This document shows positions 48,826 to 61,424 of a DNA stretch of 64,000 bases, piece after piece. This DNA comes from Nitrospirota bacterium (lineage in GTDB: Bacteria > Nitrospirota > Thermodesulfovibrionia > Thermodesulfovibrionales > Dissulfurispiraceae), in the NCBI GenBank assembly GCA_963710375.1, contig CAVPZX010000003.1, positions 160,001-224,000 of the forward strand. The letters are read 5' to 3'. A program made the position numbers and the translations under genes. Numbering within the stretch: position 1 is the first letter of the stretch; each line of letters starts with the position of its first letter. The notes beneath the pieces are model-generated. The model had not been told where the DNA came from. It saw only the letters and a list, made by a program, of their open reading frames with translations, and ran no database searches.

Positions 48826-49337
48826 GGCCCACTACAAAGGAACTGAGAAATTAGAAGATAGCCGCAAAACAGGCGCAGGCAATTCGTGCAGTAACGTTCA
48901 TACAGTTGCGTGAATCACAAACGTGCGGACTTTAAGTAGTTATTCTCCGCAACTTGAAGTTCCTGACACTCTCTGTTCGTCGGTGAATCCGAGATTATGA
49001 GACAGCTTTACACGCAATCAAGGATTTGTGTGTACTTCGGGACATAAGTGGTTTTTCCACTTGCTGAGCCCCCTTCCGTTGATTTTCAAAAGAAACAGAC
49101 ACAGCCGATGATTGCCGAAGCCACGAGGCCTGATAATAGAAAGCTTTGTTCTCTCCTGTCAGGGGCCGCATGTTACGGGACAAAGTCTTTGTTAGTTGCG
49201 GATCCGCATACCTGTTGACTGTCAAGTGTATCAGAAATGTAAGATGATATCGGGAGCGTCTCTTAGGAGGAGCAGGGTGAACTTAACGGCAGCTTTTATT
49301 TCCAGATTTCGAGGCGATAGATCGTAAAGAAATAGAT

Positions 49338-50087
49338 TCAGATACCTGTCTTAATCTGTGCTTTGATGAATTCCCTGTTTAGTTTCGCAATGAACTGTAC
49401 TTTAATCCCTTTAGGACATGCCGCCTGACATTCGTAGTGGTTGCTGCAATTGCCGAAACCTTCCTTAAGCATTGCATCGGTCATCATGCAGACACGCCTT
49501 GCCGCCTCGGCACTTCCCTGAGGCAGGTTCGCAAGATGCGCCACTTTTGCTGCGGTAAAGAGCATTGCGGAACCGTTCGGACAGGCGGCTACGCATGCCC
49601 CGCATCCTATGCACTCCGCGGCATCCATCGCTTTATCGGCAGCGGACTTAGGGATAGGTATCGCATTTGCATCCGGAACACCCCCGGTATGGACCGATAC
49701 GTAACCGCCTGACTGCACGATCAGGTCAAGAGCGCTGCGGTCGACAATCAGATCTTTTATCACCGGGAAGGCCTTTGCGCGCCACGGTTCTATATAGATG
49801 GTGTCTCCATCCTTGAAGTGCCTCATGTGAAGCTGGCATATTGTGGTCTTCTCCTGAGGTCCATGCGGAACACCATTGACTACCTGCGAGCACATGCCGC
49901 ATATCCCTTCGCGGCAGTCGTGGTCAAAGGCTATCGGCTCTTTGCCGGTCTTGATCAGTCCCTGGTTAACGACGTCGAGCATCTCAAGGAAGGACATGTC
50001 GGGGCTTACGTCCTTTGCCCTGTATTCCTCAAGCTTCCCCGGTGAATCCGGGCCTTTCTGTCTCCATACGTATAGTGTCAAATCCAT
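49338..50087 (-). CDS. sdhB: Succinate dehydrogenase/fumarate reductase Fe-S subunit
   Basis: [34 protein letters not shown]. Confidence 0.95.
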   Translation of the reverse strand: MDLTLYVWRQKGPDSPGKLEEYRAKDVSPDMSFLEMLDVVNQGLIKTGKEPIAFDHDCREGICGMCSQVVNGVPHGPQEKTTICQLHMRHFKDGDTIYIEPWRAKAFPVIKDLIVDRSALDLIVQSGGYVSVHTGGVPDANAIPIPKSAADKAMDAAECIGCGACVAACPNGSAMLFTAAKVAHLANLPQGSAEAARRVCMMTDAMLKEGFGNCSNHYECQAACPKGIKVQFIAKLNREFIKAQIKTGI

Positions 50088-52000
50088 TATTTGTAACTCC
50101 TCACGGCAAGTTGTACGTTTTCGAATATGAGAGGCTCCTTATGCAGCTCCGATTCTTTGCCAAGGCCTTTGAACTCCCAGGCAGCGACATAACTGAAATT
50201 CACGTCGTCGCGCATTGCCTCGCCTTCCGGCGACTGGTATTCTGTCCGGAAATGGCCGCCACAGGATTCATTGCGGTGAAGGGCATCCAGGGCCAGGAGT
50301 TCGCCGAACTCAAGGAAATCAGCCACGCGGCCGGCTTTTTCGAGCTCCTGGTTAAGGTCGGCTTCGTTTCCCGTGATACGGACGTTTTCCCAGAATTCTG
50401 CGCGGAGTTCAGGAATCATTTTGAGCGCCTTTTCCAGGCTTTCGCGGCTGCGCCCCATTCCTGCATTCTCCCACATGATACTGCCGAGTTCGCGGTGGAA
50501 CTCGTTGACAGTCCTCTTCCCGTTTATGGATAGAAGCCTTTTAATGAGCGTTTTGCTCTCTTCAATCGACTTCATGAACTCGGGATTCCCGGTATTCACT
50601 TTGCCCGGCTTTGTCCTGGCGAGATAGTTTGCTATCGTGTATGGTATTACGAAATACCCATCAGCGAGTCCCTGCATAAGAGCGCTTGCGCCAAGCCTGT
50701 TGGCGCCATGGTCCGAAAAGTTGGCCTCGCCCAGCACAAAGAGTCCAGGGATATTGCTTTCCAGATTATAGTCGACCCACAGGCCGCCCATAGCATAATG
50801 AGGCGCCGGATAGATGCGCATCGGCTGCTTATAGGCGTTTTCTCCGGTTATCTTTTCGTACATCTCAAATAGGTTCCCATAGCGCTCGCGTATCTTGTCT
50901 TCGCCGATGCGCCCGGCTGCGTCGGCAAAATCGAGATAAACGCCGCGACCGCTTGCTCCTACGCCGCGGCCTTCATCACAGACCTCCTTTGCTGCACGTG
51001 ATGAAATATCGCGCGGCGCAAGGTTGCCGAAGCTCGGGTACTTGCGCTCCAGGTAGTAGTCTCTCTCGTTTTCGGGTATCTCATGCGGAGCCCGTTTGTC
51101 TCCCTTGATCTTTGACACCCAAACTCTGCCGTCATTCCTGAGTGACTCGGACATCAGGGTTAGTTTTGACTGGTGGTCGCCGCTCACCGGGATGCAGGTC
51201 GGATGTATCTGTGTGAAACATGGGTTCGCAAAAAAGGCCCCTTTCTTGTAAGCCCGGTATGTTGCAGTCACATTGCTTCCCATGGCATTGGTCGAAAGAT
51301 AAAAGACATTAGTATAGCCGCCTGTGCAGAGACAGACAGCATCGGCTGCATAGGCTTTAATATCTCCTGTCACAAGGTCGCGCACAGTGATCCCTTTTGC
51401 CTCGCCGTCAACAATCACGAGGTCCAGCATTTCTGTGCGGGGATGGAGGGCCACCGTCCCAGCCTTTACCTGACGGGAAAGGGCCGAATATGCGCCTAAC
51501 AGCAATTGTTGGCCTGTCTGACCCCGCGCATAAAACGTCCGCGAGACCTGGGCCCCCCCAAAGGAACGGTTGTCCAGGTATCCGGCATAGTCACGCGCAA
51601 AAGGGACCCCCTGGGCAACACACTGGTCGATGATGTTGTTGCTCACCATCGCCAACCTGTATACATTCGCTTCACGGGACCTGAAATCCCCTCCCTTGAT
51701 CGTGTCATGGAAGAGCCTGAAGATACTGTCGCCGTCATTGGGATAATTTTTGGCAGCGTTTATGCCCCCCTGGGCCGCAATACTGTGAGCACGGCGGGCG
51801 CTATCCTGGTAACAGAACGCTTCTACGTTATAGCCGAGCTCCCCAAGCGACGCAGCAGCGGACGCGCCGGCAAGACCGGTGCCCACGACGATGATTCGGA
51901 ATTTCCGCTTATTTGCAGGATTGACCAGCTTCATTTCCTGGCGGTGCCTGTTCCATTTTTCAGCAAGAGGGCCGGATGGACATTTTCCATCAAGGATCAT
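50087..52000 (-). CDS. sdhA: Succinate dehydrogenase/fumarate reductase flavoprotein
   Basis: [40 protein letters not shown]. Confidence 0.96.
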   Translation of the reverse strand: MILDGKCPSGPLAEKWNRHRQEMKLVNPANKRKFRIIVVGTGLAGASAAASLGELGYNVEAFCYQDSARRAHSIAAQGGINAAKNYPNDGDSIFRLFHDTIKGGDFRSREANVYRLAMVSNNIIDQCVAQGVPFARDYAGYLDNRSFGGAQVSRTFYARGQTGQQLLLGAYSALSRQVKAGTVALHPRTEMLDLVIVDGEAKGITVRDLVTGDIKAYAADAVCLCTGGYTNVFYLSTNAMGSNVTATYRAYKKGAFFANPCFTQIHPTCIPVSGDHQSKLTLMSESLRNDGRVWVSKIKGDKRAPHEIPENERDYYLERKYPSFGNLAPRDISSRAAKEVCDEGRGVGASGRGVYLDFADAAGRIGEDKIRERYGNLFEMYEKITGENAYKQPMRIYPAPHYAMGGLWVDYNLESNIPGLFVLGEANFSDHGANRLGASALMQGLADGYFVIPYTIANYLARTKPGKVNTGNPEFMKSIEESKTLIKRLLSINGKRTVNEFHRELGSIMWENAGMGRSRESLEKALKMIPELRAEFWENVRITGNEADLNQELEKAGRVADFLEFGELLALDALHRNESCGGHFRTEYQSPEGEAMRDDVNFSYVAAWEFKGLGKESELHKEPLIFENVQLAVRSYK

Positions 52001-52034
52001 AATTATCTCTCCAAATTAAAAGCCATATTTAACA

Positions 52035-52706
52035 TTACTTCACCAGTCCTGCGAGAATAACCACGGGAATTGCCGCGAAGCCGATAAAGATGATTATCGC
52101 GACAAGCGTTCCCACCTTCCTGATTGCCGGGAAACTCTTTTCGCCATTCAGTCCTATTGTTTGAAACAGACTCTGGATGCTGTGTGACAGATGAAGGCCC
52201 AGTGCGCACATTGCGCTTATATACACGAGGGAGATAAAGAAATTCTGGAAGCTGAGCACCGCCATAGTGAATACATCAGGGCGGCCCAATGCATCCAGAT
52301 GGCTTCTCGATGCAATATCGGGGTTAGTCACCTGAAAGGTGAAATGCAGCAGGTGATATATAACGAATGCCCCTATGAAGAGGCCTGTCCAGATCATGTT
52401 TCTTCCGGCAAAGGTTGTCTGGAGGTTCCCATTCACGGCATAGCCCTGCGGTTTTGCGGCCCGGTTTTCGAGGTAAAGTTGTATTCCGTAAAGCACATGC
52501 ACTGAAAACAGGGTGAACATTGTCAGACGAAAGGCCCAGACGAGGGAAGTGATTCGGTGAAGCGCCTTTGCGTAAGCATTAATCCCATCAGGACCATGAT
52601 ATATTGTCGTATTCCCTAAGAGATGCATCGCCACAAAGGCGATCATCCCAAAGCCTGTAACCGACATTATTAATTTTCGTCCAACACTACTTTTCAGCAA
52701 GTTCAT
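52035..52706 (-). CDS. sdhC: Succinate dehydrogenase cytochrome b subunit (5-TM diheme type)
   Basis: SSVGRKLIMSVTG..HLLGN, YHLLHFT, HLSHSIQSLFQTIG. Confidence 0.92.
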   Translation of the reverse strand: MNLLKSSVGRKLIMSVTGFGMIAFVAMHLLGNTTIYHGPDGINAYAKALHRITSLVWAFRLTMFTLFSVHVLYGIQLYLENRAAKPQGYAVNGNLQTTFAGRNMIWTGLFIGAFVIYHLLHFTFQVTNPDIASRSHLDALGRPDVFTMAVLSFQNFFISLVYISAMCALGLHLSHSIQSLFQTIGLNGEKSFPAIRKVGTLVAIIIFIGFAAIPVVILAGLVK

Positions 52707-52772
52707 ATATAGTCTTTCTCCCTCCCTCTCACTCCCTCCCATTACAGGAGGTGAGTGAGAGAGGGGTTTTAA

Positions 52773-54692
52773 TTAAAGAGAAATATTCTCGTCGATTATT
52801 TTAGCATATCCGATACATTTTAGCGCATCGCTTATCTCACCCAGGATCTCAGGATCGTCGATTGTCGAGGGTATTTTATATTTCTCACCATCGGCAATAT
52901 TCCGCATTATGCCCCGCAGTATTTTGCCCGAACGCGTCTTTGGCAGTCTTTTGACAACTGCTGTTTCCTTATAGCAGGCGATGGGGCCGATCTCGGACCT
53001 TATGAGTTTTGATAATTCTTTCACTATCTCTTCAGGCGCCTTTGTCACCCCTGCCTTGAGTACCACAAAACCGACCGGCAGCTGCCCTTTAAGATTGTCA
53101 TTGGCTCCTATTACTGCGCATTCGGCAACATCAGGATGGGTTGCGATGAGCCCTTCCATCTCGCCTGTCGAGAGCCTGTGCCCTGCAACATTAATAACGT
53201 CATCGACACGACCCATTACGAAGACGTAGCCGTCTTCGTCCCTATATCCTCCGTCAGCCGTAAAATAATATCCAGGGTACATATTACAATATGCCTCAAG
53301 ATATCTGTCATCCGCATTCCAGAGGGTAGGTGAGTTTCCCGGGGGGAGGGGAAGTTTTGCCGTGATGATCCCAGTCTGATTCGGCCCAACCTGTTTACCA
53401 TCGGTGTCGAGGATCGTTATATTATACCCCGGAACAGGCTTTGTGGAAGAGCCCGGTTTAATCGGCAACTGTTCGATCCCCATGCAGTTTGCCGTAATCG
53501 GCCAACCTGTCTCAGTCTGCCACCAGTGATCTATCACGTGTTTGTTAAGGAGGTCGTGGGCCCAGTGGTAGGTGTCGGGATCAAGCCGCTCACCTGCGAG
53601 AAAGAGGTATTGGAATTTCGACAGGTCATACTTCTTTATATATTCACCGTTCGGGTCATCCCTCTTTATGGCCCTGAAAGCGGTAGGAGCAGTGAACAGT
53701 GTCTTGACGCCATGCTGGGAGATGACCCTCCAGAAGGCGCCGGGATTCGGGGTGCCCACAGGCTTGCCTTCATATAATATCGATGTGCATCCGGTAAACA
53801 GCGGAGCATATACGATATATGAATGGCCGACTACCCACCCTACATCAGAGGCTGCCCAGTATACTTCGCCCGGATGGGTATCATATATATTCTCGACGCT
53901 CCATCTCAGTGCAACAGCATGGCCACCGTTGTCCCGGACAATACCCTTTGGGACGCCGGTAGTGCCGGAGGTGTAGAGTATATACAGAGGATCTGTCGCC
54001 TTTACCGGCACGCAGTCCGCAGGCTTGGCCTTTGATACCAGCTCTTCCCAGTCAACATCGCGACCCGCCATAGAAGCTGCAACAAATTGCCTCTGGAAGA
54101 TTATGCACTTTTCAGGTTTATGTTTGGCTAATTCAACGGCCTTGTCGAGCATAGGCTTGTACTCGAGTATCTTGGCCCCTTCCTTTGAACCGGATGCAGA
54201 GATTACCACCTTGGGTTTTGCATCATCAATGCGTATCGCAAGCTCATGCGGAGCGAACCCTCCGAACACGACTGAATGGATGGCTCCGAGTCTGGCGCAG
54301 GCGAGCATGGCGATTGCCGCCTGTGGAATCATCGGCATATAAATAACGACTGTATCACCCTTGCTGACGCCGAGCGACTTAAGCCCGCCTGCAAATACCG
54401 CGACTTTGTCGAGCAGTTCGGCATAGGTGAATTTCTGGACGGTGTCGGTAACAGGGCTATCATAAATGAGGGCGAGCTGGTTTGCCCTTCCGCCCTTCAC
54501 ATGCCTGTCAAGCGCATTGTAGCATGTGTTGAGCTCTCCGCCGACGAACCAGCGGTAAAAAGGTTTTTTTGAATCGTCGAGGACCTTGTCCCACTTTTTA
54601 TACCAGTCGATAGCTTCTGCCGCCTTTCCCCAGAAGGCCTCGGGTTCATTAATACTCTTTTTAAATACCTCGTCGTACTTTCCCATGGTCAA
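52773..54692 (-). CDS. prpE: Propionyl-CoA synthetase
   Basis: YTSGTTGVPKG, RDNGGHAVAL, DHWWQTETGW, RLPKTRSGKILR. Confidence 0.88.
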   Translation of the reverse strand: MTMGKYDEVFKKSINEPEAFWGKAAEAIDWYKKWDKVLDDSKKPFYRWFVGGELNTCYNALDRHVKGGRANQLALIYDSPVTDTVQKFTYAELLDKVAVFAGGLKSLGVSKGDTVVIYMPMIPQAAIAMLACARLGAIHSVVFGGFAPHELAIRIDDAKPKVVISASGSKEGAKILEYKPMLDKAVELAKHKPEKCIIFQRQFVAASMAGRDVDWEELVSKAKPADCVPVKATDPLYILYTSGTTGVPKGIVRDNGGHAVALRWSVENIYDTHPGEVYWAASDVGWVVGHSYIVYAPLFTGCTSILYEGKPVGTPNPGAFWRVISQHGVKTLFTAPTAFRAIKRDDPNGEYIKKYDLSKFQYLFLAGERLDPDTYHWAHDLLNKHVIDHWWQTETGWPITANCMGIEQLPIKPGSSTKPVPGYNITILDTDGKQVGPNQTGIITAKLPLPPGNSPTLWNADDRYLEAYCNMYPGYYFTADGGYRDEDGYVFVMGRVDDVINVAGHRLSTGEMEGLIATHPDVAECAVIGANDNLKGQLPVGFVVLKAGVTKAPEEIVKELSKLIRSEIGPIACYKETAVVKRLPKTRSGKILRGIMRNIADGEKYKIPSTIDDPEILGEISDALKCIGYAKIIDENISL

Positions 54693-54752
54693 CTCTCCTT
54701 TTGATAATTTTTGTCTGCCTTGATGGTTTTAAAGTCTGGTATGCAACAAGCC

Positions 54753-57467
54753 CTATTCACCTTTAACAAGCCCCCTGAGCACGAATGGAAGAATTCCTCC
54801 GTGCCTGAAATAGTCTGCTTCAATAGCCGTGTCTATGCGGCAGAGGAGTTTCACTTCCTGCCTCGCGCCATCCCTGCTTCTAACAGCAAGGGTGACGTAT
54901 TGCTGCGGCCTTATCCGGTCCAATCCCACAATATCGAACTCCTCGTCTCCGCGGATGTTTAGAGACTGGACAGAATCGCCCCCATCGAACTGAAGCGGCA
55001 GCACACCCATGCCTACAAGATTTGAGCGGTGGATTCGTTCAAAGCTCTTCGCTATCACTGCCCTGACACCAAGAAGCTGAGTGCCTTTGGCAGCCCAGTC
55101 CCTTGACGACCCGGTGCCATATTCTTCGCCTCCGAACACTACAGAAGGAACGCCCCGGGAAATGTAATTCATGGCTGCCTCATAGATCGACATCTGTTCC
55201 CCTGAGGGCTGCAGCAGCGTGAAGCCCCCTTCTGCAGATGTGCCGTCGTCTTTTGGAGGCAACATGAGATTCCTGATGCGCACGTTGGCAAAGGTGCCCC
55301 GAATCATCACCTTATGGTTTCCCCTGCGTGTGCCGTAACTCTGGAAATCAGTCTCGGCAACGCCGTTATCCATAAGATAGATTCCTGCCGGCGAGGTTTT
55401 CTTGATGGAACCGGCAGGACTTATATGGTCGGTAGTGACGGAGTCGCCGAAAATGCCGAGTGCTCTGGCTCCTGTGATATCGCTCACGCTGTCCGGCTGC
55501 ATACCGAAGCCCTGGAAGAAAGGAGGCTCCGCAATGTATGTCGATTTGGGCCAGTCATAGATATTCCCTGATACTGAGGACACGCTGTTCCAAAGAACAT
55601 TATCTTTGGTCAAGTCCGAATAAAGTCGTCTGAAGGTTTCGGGGTCAGTGGCATACTTCATGACAGCTGCCACTTCATCGGCGGAAGGCCATATGTCCCT
55701 GAGATAGATTTCCTCTCCGTCATTGCCTGTGCCCAGCGGTTCTTTTTCAAGGTTTTTAATCACGGTACCGGCTATGGCAAATGCCACGACGAGGGGAGGG
55801 CTCATGAGAAAATTGGCGCGCAGGTTTGCATGGATACGCGCCTCAAAGTTGCGGTTGCCTGAAAGCACTGCAGCGCAGACGAGGTTGTTCCGGACAATGG
55901 TCTCTTCCACAGCTTCATCAAGAGGACCTGCATTGCCGATGCATGTGGTGCAACCGTACGCAGCGAGATAAAACCCGAGCTTTTCGAGATAAGGCATCAG
56001 TCCGGCTTTATCAAGGTACTCGGCAACCACGCGCGAACCCGGCGCAAGGGATGTCTTTATGTGCTTCTTTACCGTAAGGCCTTTTTCCACAGCCTTCTTC
56101 GCAAGCAGGCCCGCGGCAAGGAGCACGCCCGGATTTGACGTGTTCGTGCATGAAGTGATTGCGGCGATAATAACGTCGCCTGAACCTATGTTGACCTGTC
56201 CTTTTGTCGTGAAGCGTCGTTGAAGGTCTTCTGACTTTATGGCAAAGCCGTTATCAGCCGAAGGCTTCATTAACAAGCAGGAGAAATTCTCTTTCAGAGA
56301 TTTAAGCTCTATGCGGTCCTGGGGACGCTTTGGTCCTGCAACGGAGGGTTTTACACCTGAAATATCCATCTCTATGACCCTGGAGTAATCCAGATCACCA
56401 GCCTTTGGTATGCCGAACATTTCCTGGTTTTTAAAATATTCCCGGAACGCTGAAACTTGATCGGCAGGATGGCCGCTGCTGCGGAAGAAATCCATGGTGA
56501 CGTCGTCTACAGGGAAGAAACCCATCGTAGCGCCGTATTCAGGCGCCATATTGGCAACCGTAGCCCTGTCAGGCAGGGTAAGGGAAGATGCGCCTTCGCC
56601 AAAGAACTCGACAAACTTGCCGACCACTTTTTCCCTGCGGAGCATTTCGGTGATGGTCAGGACGAGGTCTGTAGCGGTCACGCCTTCCCTGAGTTTGCCT
56701 TTCAGTTGCACACCCACGACATCCGGCGTGAGGAAATAAACCGGCTGGCCCAGCATACCTGCCTCTGCCTCTATTCCACCCACTCCCCATCCCACAACGC
56801 CGATACCGTTTATCATTGTGGTATGGCTGTCGGTGCCTACCAGGGTATCAGGATAATACACTCCTTTTTTGCTATGCACGCCCCTGACAAGGTATTCCAG
56901 GTTTACCTGGTGCACAATGCCGATGCCGGGAGGCACGACTTTAAAAGTCTCAAAGGCGTTCATGCCCCATTTCAGGAACTGGTAACGCTCTCTGTTGCGC
57001 TTAAACTCCATTTCCATGTTTTTCCGGAGAGCGCCGGGCTCGCCGTAGCAGTCGATCTGCACCGAATGGTCCACAACCAGATCAACAGGGACCAGCGGCT
57101 CGATGATTCGAGCATCCTTCCCCATCCTGGCAGCTGCACCGCGCATTGCCGCGAGATCGCACAGAAGAGGTACTCCTGTGAAGTCCTGAAGCAAGATGCG
57201 TGCTACTACGAAAGGTATCTCGCCGGTGCGGGGCGCAACAGGTTTCCAGTTGGCAAGCTGCGCCACATGCTCTTCGGTAATCTTCTTGCCATCGCAGTTG
57301 CGCAGCACCGATTCCAGCACTATGCGGATGGATATCGGCAGACGGGAAATTTTGCCGATCCCGGACTTTTCGAGCGCAGGGAGAGAATATAGCTTCCCTT
57401 TCCTGCCGCTGCCGGCGTCGAATTCCCGGATTATATTATTAAATGACGAACATATCGACGAATTCAT
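54753..57467 (-). CDS. acnA: Aconitate hydratase A
   Basis: [57 protein letters not shown]. Confidence 0.95.
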   Translation of the reverse strand: MNSSICSSFNNIIREFDAGSGRKGKLYSLPALEKSGIGKISRLPISIRIVLESVLRNCDGKKITEEHVAQLANWKPVAPRTGEIPFVVARILLQDFTGVPLLCDLAAMRGAAARMGKDARIIEPLVPVDLVVDHSVQIDCYGEPGALRKNMEMEFKRNRERYQFLKWGMNAFETFKVVPPGIGIVHQVNLEYLVRGVHSKKGVYYPDTLVGTDSHTTMINGIGVVGWGVGGIEAEAGMLGQPVYFLTPDVVGVQLKGKLREGVTATDLVLTITEMLRREKVVGKFVEFFGEGASSLTLPDRATVANMAPEYGATMGFFPVDDVTMDFFRSSGHPADQVSAFREYFKNQEMFGIPKAGDLDYSRVIEMDISGVKPSVAGPKRPQDRIELKSLKENFSCLLMKPSADNGFAIKSEDLQRRFTTKGQVNIGSGDVIIAAITSCTNTSNPGVLLAAGLLAKKAVEKGLTVKKHIKTSLAPGSRVVAEYLDKAGLMPYLEKLGFYLAAYGCTTCIGNAGPLDEAVEETIVRNNLVCAAVLSGNRNFEARIHANLRANFLMSPPLVVAFAIAGTVIKNLEKEPLGTGNDGEEIYLRDIWPSADEVAAVMKYATDPETFRRLYSDLTKDNVLWNSVSSVSGNIYDWPKSTYIAEPPFFQGFGMQPDSVSDITGARALGIFGDSVTTDHISPAGSIKKTSPAGIYLMDNGVAETDFQSYGTRRGNHKVMIRGTFANVRIRNLMLPPKDDGTSAEGGFTLLQPSGEQMSIYEAAMNYISRGVPSVVFGGEEYGTGSSRDWAAKGTQLLGVRAVIAKSFERIHRSNLVGMGVLPLQFDGGDSVQSLNIRGDEEFDIVGLDRIRPQQYVTLAVRSRDGARQEVKLLCRIDTAIEADYFRHGGILPFVLRGLVKGE

Positions 57468-57497
57468 TCACCGGGGCCCCTTCCAATTTAGTCTGAT

Positions 57498-57590
57498 CAA
57501 GGTTAAGGCAAAGGTTGAGGTTAAGAAACAAACCTGCTTTCGCCTTATACCTTTTGTATTTTTTATTTTATATTTGCTTAACCTTAACAT
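57498..57590. repeat. Degenerate hexamer-repeat palindrome
   Basis: ggttaa ggcaaa ggttga ggttaa ... ttaacc ttaaca between prpC and acnA. Confidence 0.7.
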
Positions 57591-57591
57591 G

Positions 57592-58767
57592 TTATTTCCT
57601 TGCGCTCATCGGCACGTACGCTCGGTCTTCCGGGCCGAGGTAGTTGGCGGAAGGCCTGATGAGCTTGTTGTCCATCCGCTGTTCAATAACGTGAGCTCCC
57701 CAGCCGGTTGTACGTGAAATAACGAAGATTGGGGTGAACAGCGACGTAGGCACGCCCAGCATATGATAAGTAACAGAGGAATACCAATCAAGGTTCGCAA
57801 ACATGTTCTTCTCTCTCTTCATAACTTTTTCGATACGGTCGGCGATGTTGTGAAGATTCACATTGTCGCCGTCCTTACAGAGTTTTTTTGCTATTGCCTT
57901 GATCGTCTCATTTCTCGGATCGCTCACGGTATACACCGGGTGCCCGAAGCCGATGATGATTTCCTTCCTGGCCACCCTGGCCACGATGTCGGCCTCAGCT
58001 TCGTCAGGTGTGCTGTAACGCCTCTGGATCTCATGGGCTGCCTCGTTGGCGCCGCCGTGTTTAGGCCCCCTGAGTGCCCCGATCGCCCCTGTGATGGCGG
58101 AGTAAACATCTGCGAGTGTGCTTGTGATCACGCGGGCGGCAAAAGTGGATGCGGTGAATTCCTGTTCAGCATATAATATCAGGGACTGGTCCAAGGACCG
58201 TTTATGCGATTCCGATGGTTTCTTGCCGTGAAGAAGATGCAGGAAATGACCGGCCACGGTGTCGTCGTCTGTTTCTGCCTCTATCCTGTTTCCGTTCTGG
58301 GTGTAATGCCACCAATAAAGGAGCATCGAGCCGAAAGATGCAACCAGGCGGTCTATGATGCCTGCCGCTCCCTGCCCGGTTTGAACATCTTTCTCAGGCA
58401 GGACTGTACCGAGGTAGGAACACGCTGTACGGAGCACGTCCATTGGATGGGTCGAAGCTGGAATAAGTTCCAGTACTTCCTTCACCTTGGCTGGAACACC
58501 GCGAAGAGATATCAATTTTTTCTTATAGTCCTTCAGTTCAGACTCGGTAGGCAATACGCCGTGGATGAGGAGATGCGCCACTTCTTCAAAGGTGGACTGC
58601 ATTGCGAGCTCCACAATTTCATAACCGCGATAGTGCAGGTCATTTCCTGTACGTCCCAGGGTGCATACCGATGAGTTCCCAGCTACCACACCTGACAGGG
58701 CAACGGACTTTTTTACTGTTGGGGCTGCAGTTTCTGTCACAGCCGCACCTGATGCATTATTGCTCAT
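57592..58767 (-). CDS. prpC: 2-methylcitrate synthase / citrate synthase family (variant active site)
   Basis: [45 protein letters not shown]; the EHEFNAST motif reads EQEFTAST. Confidence 0.85.
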   Translation of the reverse strand: MSNNASGAAVTETAAPTVKKSVALSGVVAGNSSVCTLGRTGNDLHYRGYEIVELAMQSTFEEVAHLLIHGVLPTESELKDYKKKLISLRGVPAKVKEVLELIPASTHPMDVLRTACSYLGTVLPEKDVQTGQGAAGIIDRLVASFGSMLLYWWHYTQNGNRIEAETDDDTVAGHFLHLLHGKKPSESHKRSLDQSLILYAEQEFTASTFAARVITSTLADVYSAITGAIGALRGPKHGGANEAAHEIQRRYSTPDEAEADIVARVARKEIIIGFGHPVYTVSDPRNETIKAIAKKLCKDGDNVNLHNIADRIEKVMKREKNMFANLDWYSSVTYHMLGVPTSLFTPIFVISRTTGWGAHVIEQRMDNKLIRPSANYLGPEDRAYVPMSARK

Positions 58768-58774
58768 TACAGAT

Positions 58775-60754
58775 TTATCCTATAACACAGAGAACGGCAC
58801 CTCTTGCAACCGTTTCGCCACTGGCAAGCTTGATACCTTGAACCTTCCCATCACAGGGGGCGACAAGGTTGTTTTCCATCTTCATGGCTTCAAGGACAAC
58901 AATGGTATCACCTTTCTTTACAGCATCTCCGGTTTTTACCATATACTTGATGATCATCCCGGGCATCGGCGCAAGAAGGACTGTTCCTTCTCCTTGGTGT
59001 GCAGGTTCCGGGGCAGGTGCGCGAGCCGGGGCCTTCATAGGAGCAGCGGCGACCGGAGCCTGTGCAGCAGAGGCGACTGGTTGGGGAACCGACACAAGAT
59101 GTGTGTTGCCTACAGGATCAACCTCGACGGCAAAAAACTCCTCATCAACAAAAACGTTGAAGGTTCTGACTGCCTGTGACTTCGGCGGTTTTTCAACCTG
59201 TTTCACCTCAACGAGTTTACCAGCCAGGGCCTTTTTCACAAGTTCATCTCTTTTCTTAACATCCTCAATGGTGATCGGCTTCACACTGGCTGGAACCTCT
59301 GCTTTGCCATACTTCCACTCAAGAAATTTCTTACCGGTGACTGGAAACAGGGCATAAGTGATGACGTCATCGATATCTTTTGCCAAATCACTGATCTCGG
59401 CTTTCGCCTTGGCCAATTCCGGCTCGAGAACTTCTGCTGGACGACTGGTGATCGGCTTTTCTCCGCGGGGGTAGCCTTTCAGGGCCTTTGCTTGCACTTC
59501 AGGATTAATAGGCACAGCGGTCTTGCCGTACAAGCCGAAGCAGAGGTCCTTCACCTGCCCGGTGATCATCTTGTAACGTTCGTCGGGAGTGTCATGCAGA
59601 ACATTGTTGACGGTCTGCACACCAACTATCTGGCTGGTCGGGGTGACAAGGGGGATCTGGCCGAGGTCTTTGCGCACCCGCGGCAGTTCCTTGTAAACCT
59701 CATCAATTTTATCCAGGGCATCCATTTCCCGTAATTGATTGACCAGGTTCGACAACATCCCGCCCGGAGTCTGATGCAGCAAGACATTGATATCGATAAT
59801 CGAAACCTTCGAGTCATCGAGGAGGTGCTTATATTTCGGCATTACCTCTTTTTCAAGTATCTCATTGATTCGAGCTAATTTTTTAATATCAAAGCCGGTA
59901 TCGCGATTTGTCCCCAAAAGGGCCATAACCAAAGGCTCAACAGCAGCATGCGAAGTCCGGTAAGCATAAGGCGTCATGCAAGTATCGATAATGTCCACTC
60001 CTGCTTCAATGGCCTTGAGATGCGACATTGGCGACATGCCTGAGGTAAAATGGCTGTGCAGATGAATGGGTACTTTGACCGCTTTTTTCAGGGCCTTAAT
60101 GAGCGGATATGCATCATAGGGAGCCAACAGCCCAGCCATATCCTTGATACAGATGGAATCCGCCCCCATCGACTCAAGGGATTTTGCTCTATCAATATAA
60201 TATTCAAGATTGTAGACTTCTCCGCCAAGCCGTGGCTCGGTGAGGCTGTAACAGATGCAGCCTTGAAAATGTTTGCCGCTCTTTTTTATCTGTTTGACCA
60301 CCGTCTCGAAATTGCGATAGTCGTTCAAGGCATCGAAGGTCCTGAAAATATCCATACCGTTTTCGGCCGCGCGCTCAACAAAAACAAAGGCCAGGTCGTC
60401 GGCGTAATTTCGATAACCGACCAGGTTCTGCGCCCGCAGCAGCATAGAGAAAGGGGTCTTTTTAATATAGCGCTTCAAGGTGCGCAAACGTTCCCAAGGA
60501 TCTTCGTTGAGAAACCGGTGCATGGTATCGAAAGTGGCTCCACCCCAAGTTTCAATCGCCCAGAACCCGACCTCATCCATCAGTTCAGCTACCGGAATCA
60601 TATCCTCTGTACGCCCACGGGTAGCGAAAAGGGACTGATGGCCATCACGTAGGGACAGATCCATAATCTTAACAGGATTCTTTGCCTTTGGCCGGTCTGC
60701 GGAATAGTTCATCGCGGTCATCTTCACTTGATCGCTCATTTCTTGATCGCTCAT
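58775..60754 (-). CDS. Pyruvate/oxaloacetate carboxyltransferase fused to biotin carrier (PycB/OadA/transcarboxylase 5S+1.3S type)
   Basis: [38 protein letters not shown], Ala/Pro linker, EAMKM. Confidence 0.92.
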   Translation of the reverse strand: MSDQEMSDQVKMTAMNYSADRPKAKNPVKIMDLSLRDGHQSLFATRGRTEDMIPVAELMDEVGFWAIETWGGATFDTMHRFLNEDPWERLRTLKRYIKKTPFSMLLRAQNLVGYRNYADDLAFVFVERAAENGMDIFRTFDALNDYRNFETVVKQIKKSGKHFQGCICYSLTEPRLGGEVYNLEYYIDRAKSLESMGADSICIKDMAGLLAPYDAYPLIKALKKAVKVPIHLHSHFTSGMSPMSHLKAIEAGVDIIDTCMTPYAYRTSHAAVEPLVMALLGTNRDTGFDIKKLARINEILEKEVMPKYKHLLDDSKVSIIDINVLLHQTPGGMLSNLVNQLREMDALDKIDEVYKELPRVRKDLGQIPLVTPTSQIVGVQTVNNVLHDTPDERYKMITGQVKDLCFGLYGKTAVPINPEVQAKALKGYPRGEKPITSRPAEVLEPELAKAKAEISDLAKDIDDVITYALFPVTGKKFLEWKYGKAEVPASVKPITIEDVKKRDELVKKALAGKLVEVKQVEKPPKSQAVRTFNVFVDEEFFAVEVDPVGNTHLVSVPQPVASAAQAPVAAAPMKAPARAPAPEPAHQGEGTVLLAPMPGMIIKYMVKTGDAVKKGDTIVVLEAMKMENNLVAPCDGKVQGIKLASGETVARGAVLCVIG

Positions 60755-60796
60755 TGTATGTGCCTCCTCCTTCTTCTTCATTAACAATTGATGCTA

Positions 60797-61015
60797 TCAA
60801 AAGCGCGTAAACGCCCTCAGCTGGATTAATTTCCGCATGGCCATCATCTCCTGCCGCCCACTCTGTCCCCACTGGCTGAACTCGAAACTCCGAGGTTTCT
60901 TGAGAGGTGCTTGCTGCTCTTGCGCAGCCATAGCTTCCTCCTGTTGCAGATAGAGACTCACGGCAGCTAAGGCGGCAGCCATTTTCTTTCTTTGATCTGC
61001 CATCACATCACCCAT
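60797..61015 (-). CDS. Small carboxylase-associated subunit (epsilon/delta-like)
   Basis: KKMAAALAAVSLYL..SQWGQSGRQEMM pattern; lies between carboxyltransferase genes. Confidence 0.65.
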   Translation of the reverse strand: MGDVMADQRKKMAAALAAVSLYLQQEEAMAAQEQQAPLKKPRSFEFSQWGQSGRQEMMAMRKLIQLRAFTRF

Positions 61016-61101
61016 ATTTTGTATTAACTACACAACCCGGTACCCAAAAACAGCACCATGGGCAGCATGAAAATCCCGAGTCATTGTCTTTAAGACCACC
61101 A

Positions 61102-61386
61102 TTAGTAGCTGTAAATGGCGTATTCCGTTTCCTCGCCAAGCAGTCTATCTATCTCCGCCTGAACTTCGATGCGTTGCGGATTGTTTACCCAACTGTTCCA
61201 GTCTTCTAAGGAACTCCAGGTACCAATAACCATGCACTCATCTTTATTGTCTATTCTATGTAAGGTTTCTCCTGAGAGATAGCCGGGTTGACTGAGAGCG
61301 AGAGCCCGCAACTTATTAAGGAGGAGTGTCAGTTCAACGACATTATTATCCCGCACCTTTCGTTTAATAAAAATCTTCACTGTCAT
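61102..61386 (-). CDS. Antibiotic biosynthesis monooxygenase (ABM) domain protein
   Basis: QPGYLSGETL..TWSSLEDWNSW. Confidence 0.8.
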   Translation of the reverse strand: MTVKIFIKRKVRDNNVVELTLLLNKLRALALSQPGYLSGETLHRIDNKDECMVIGTWSSLEDWNSWVNNPQRIEVQAEIDRLLGEETEYAIYSY

Positions 61387-61424
61387 GTGGATCTCCTTAT
61401 GATACTCAGACGTATTTGCGACTG

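Noticed and set aside
56457..57392. 311-aa plus-strand ORF and other long antisense ORFs (e.g. 5273-5845, 10956-11564, 60050-60652)
   Set aside because: They are shadows of well-supported genes on the opposite strand with no recognisable motifs.
60724..60754. 15-bp tandem duplication giving [10 protein letters not shown] at the 5S gene start
   Set aside because: Real but probably a neutral slippage event that only offers alternative starts.
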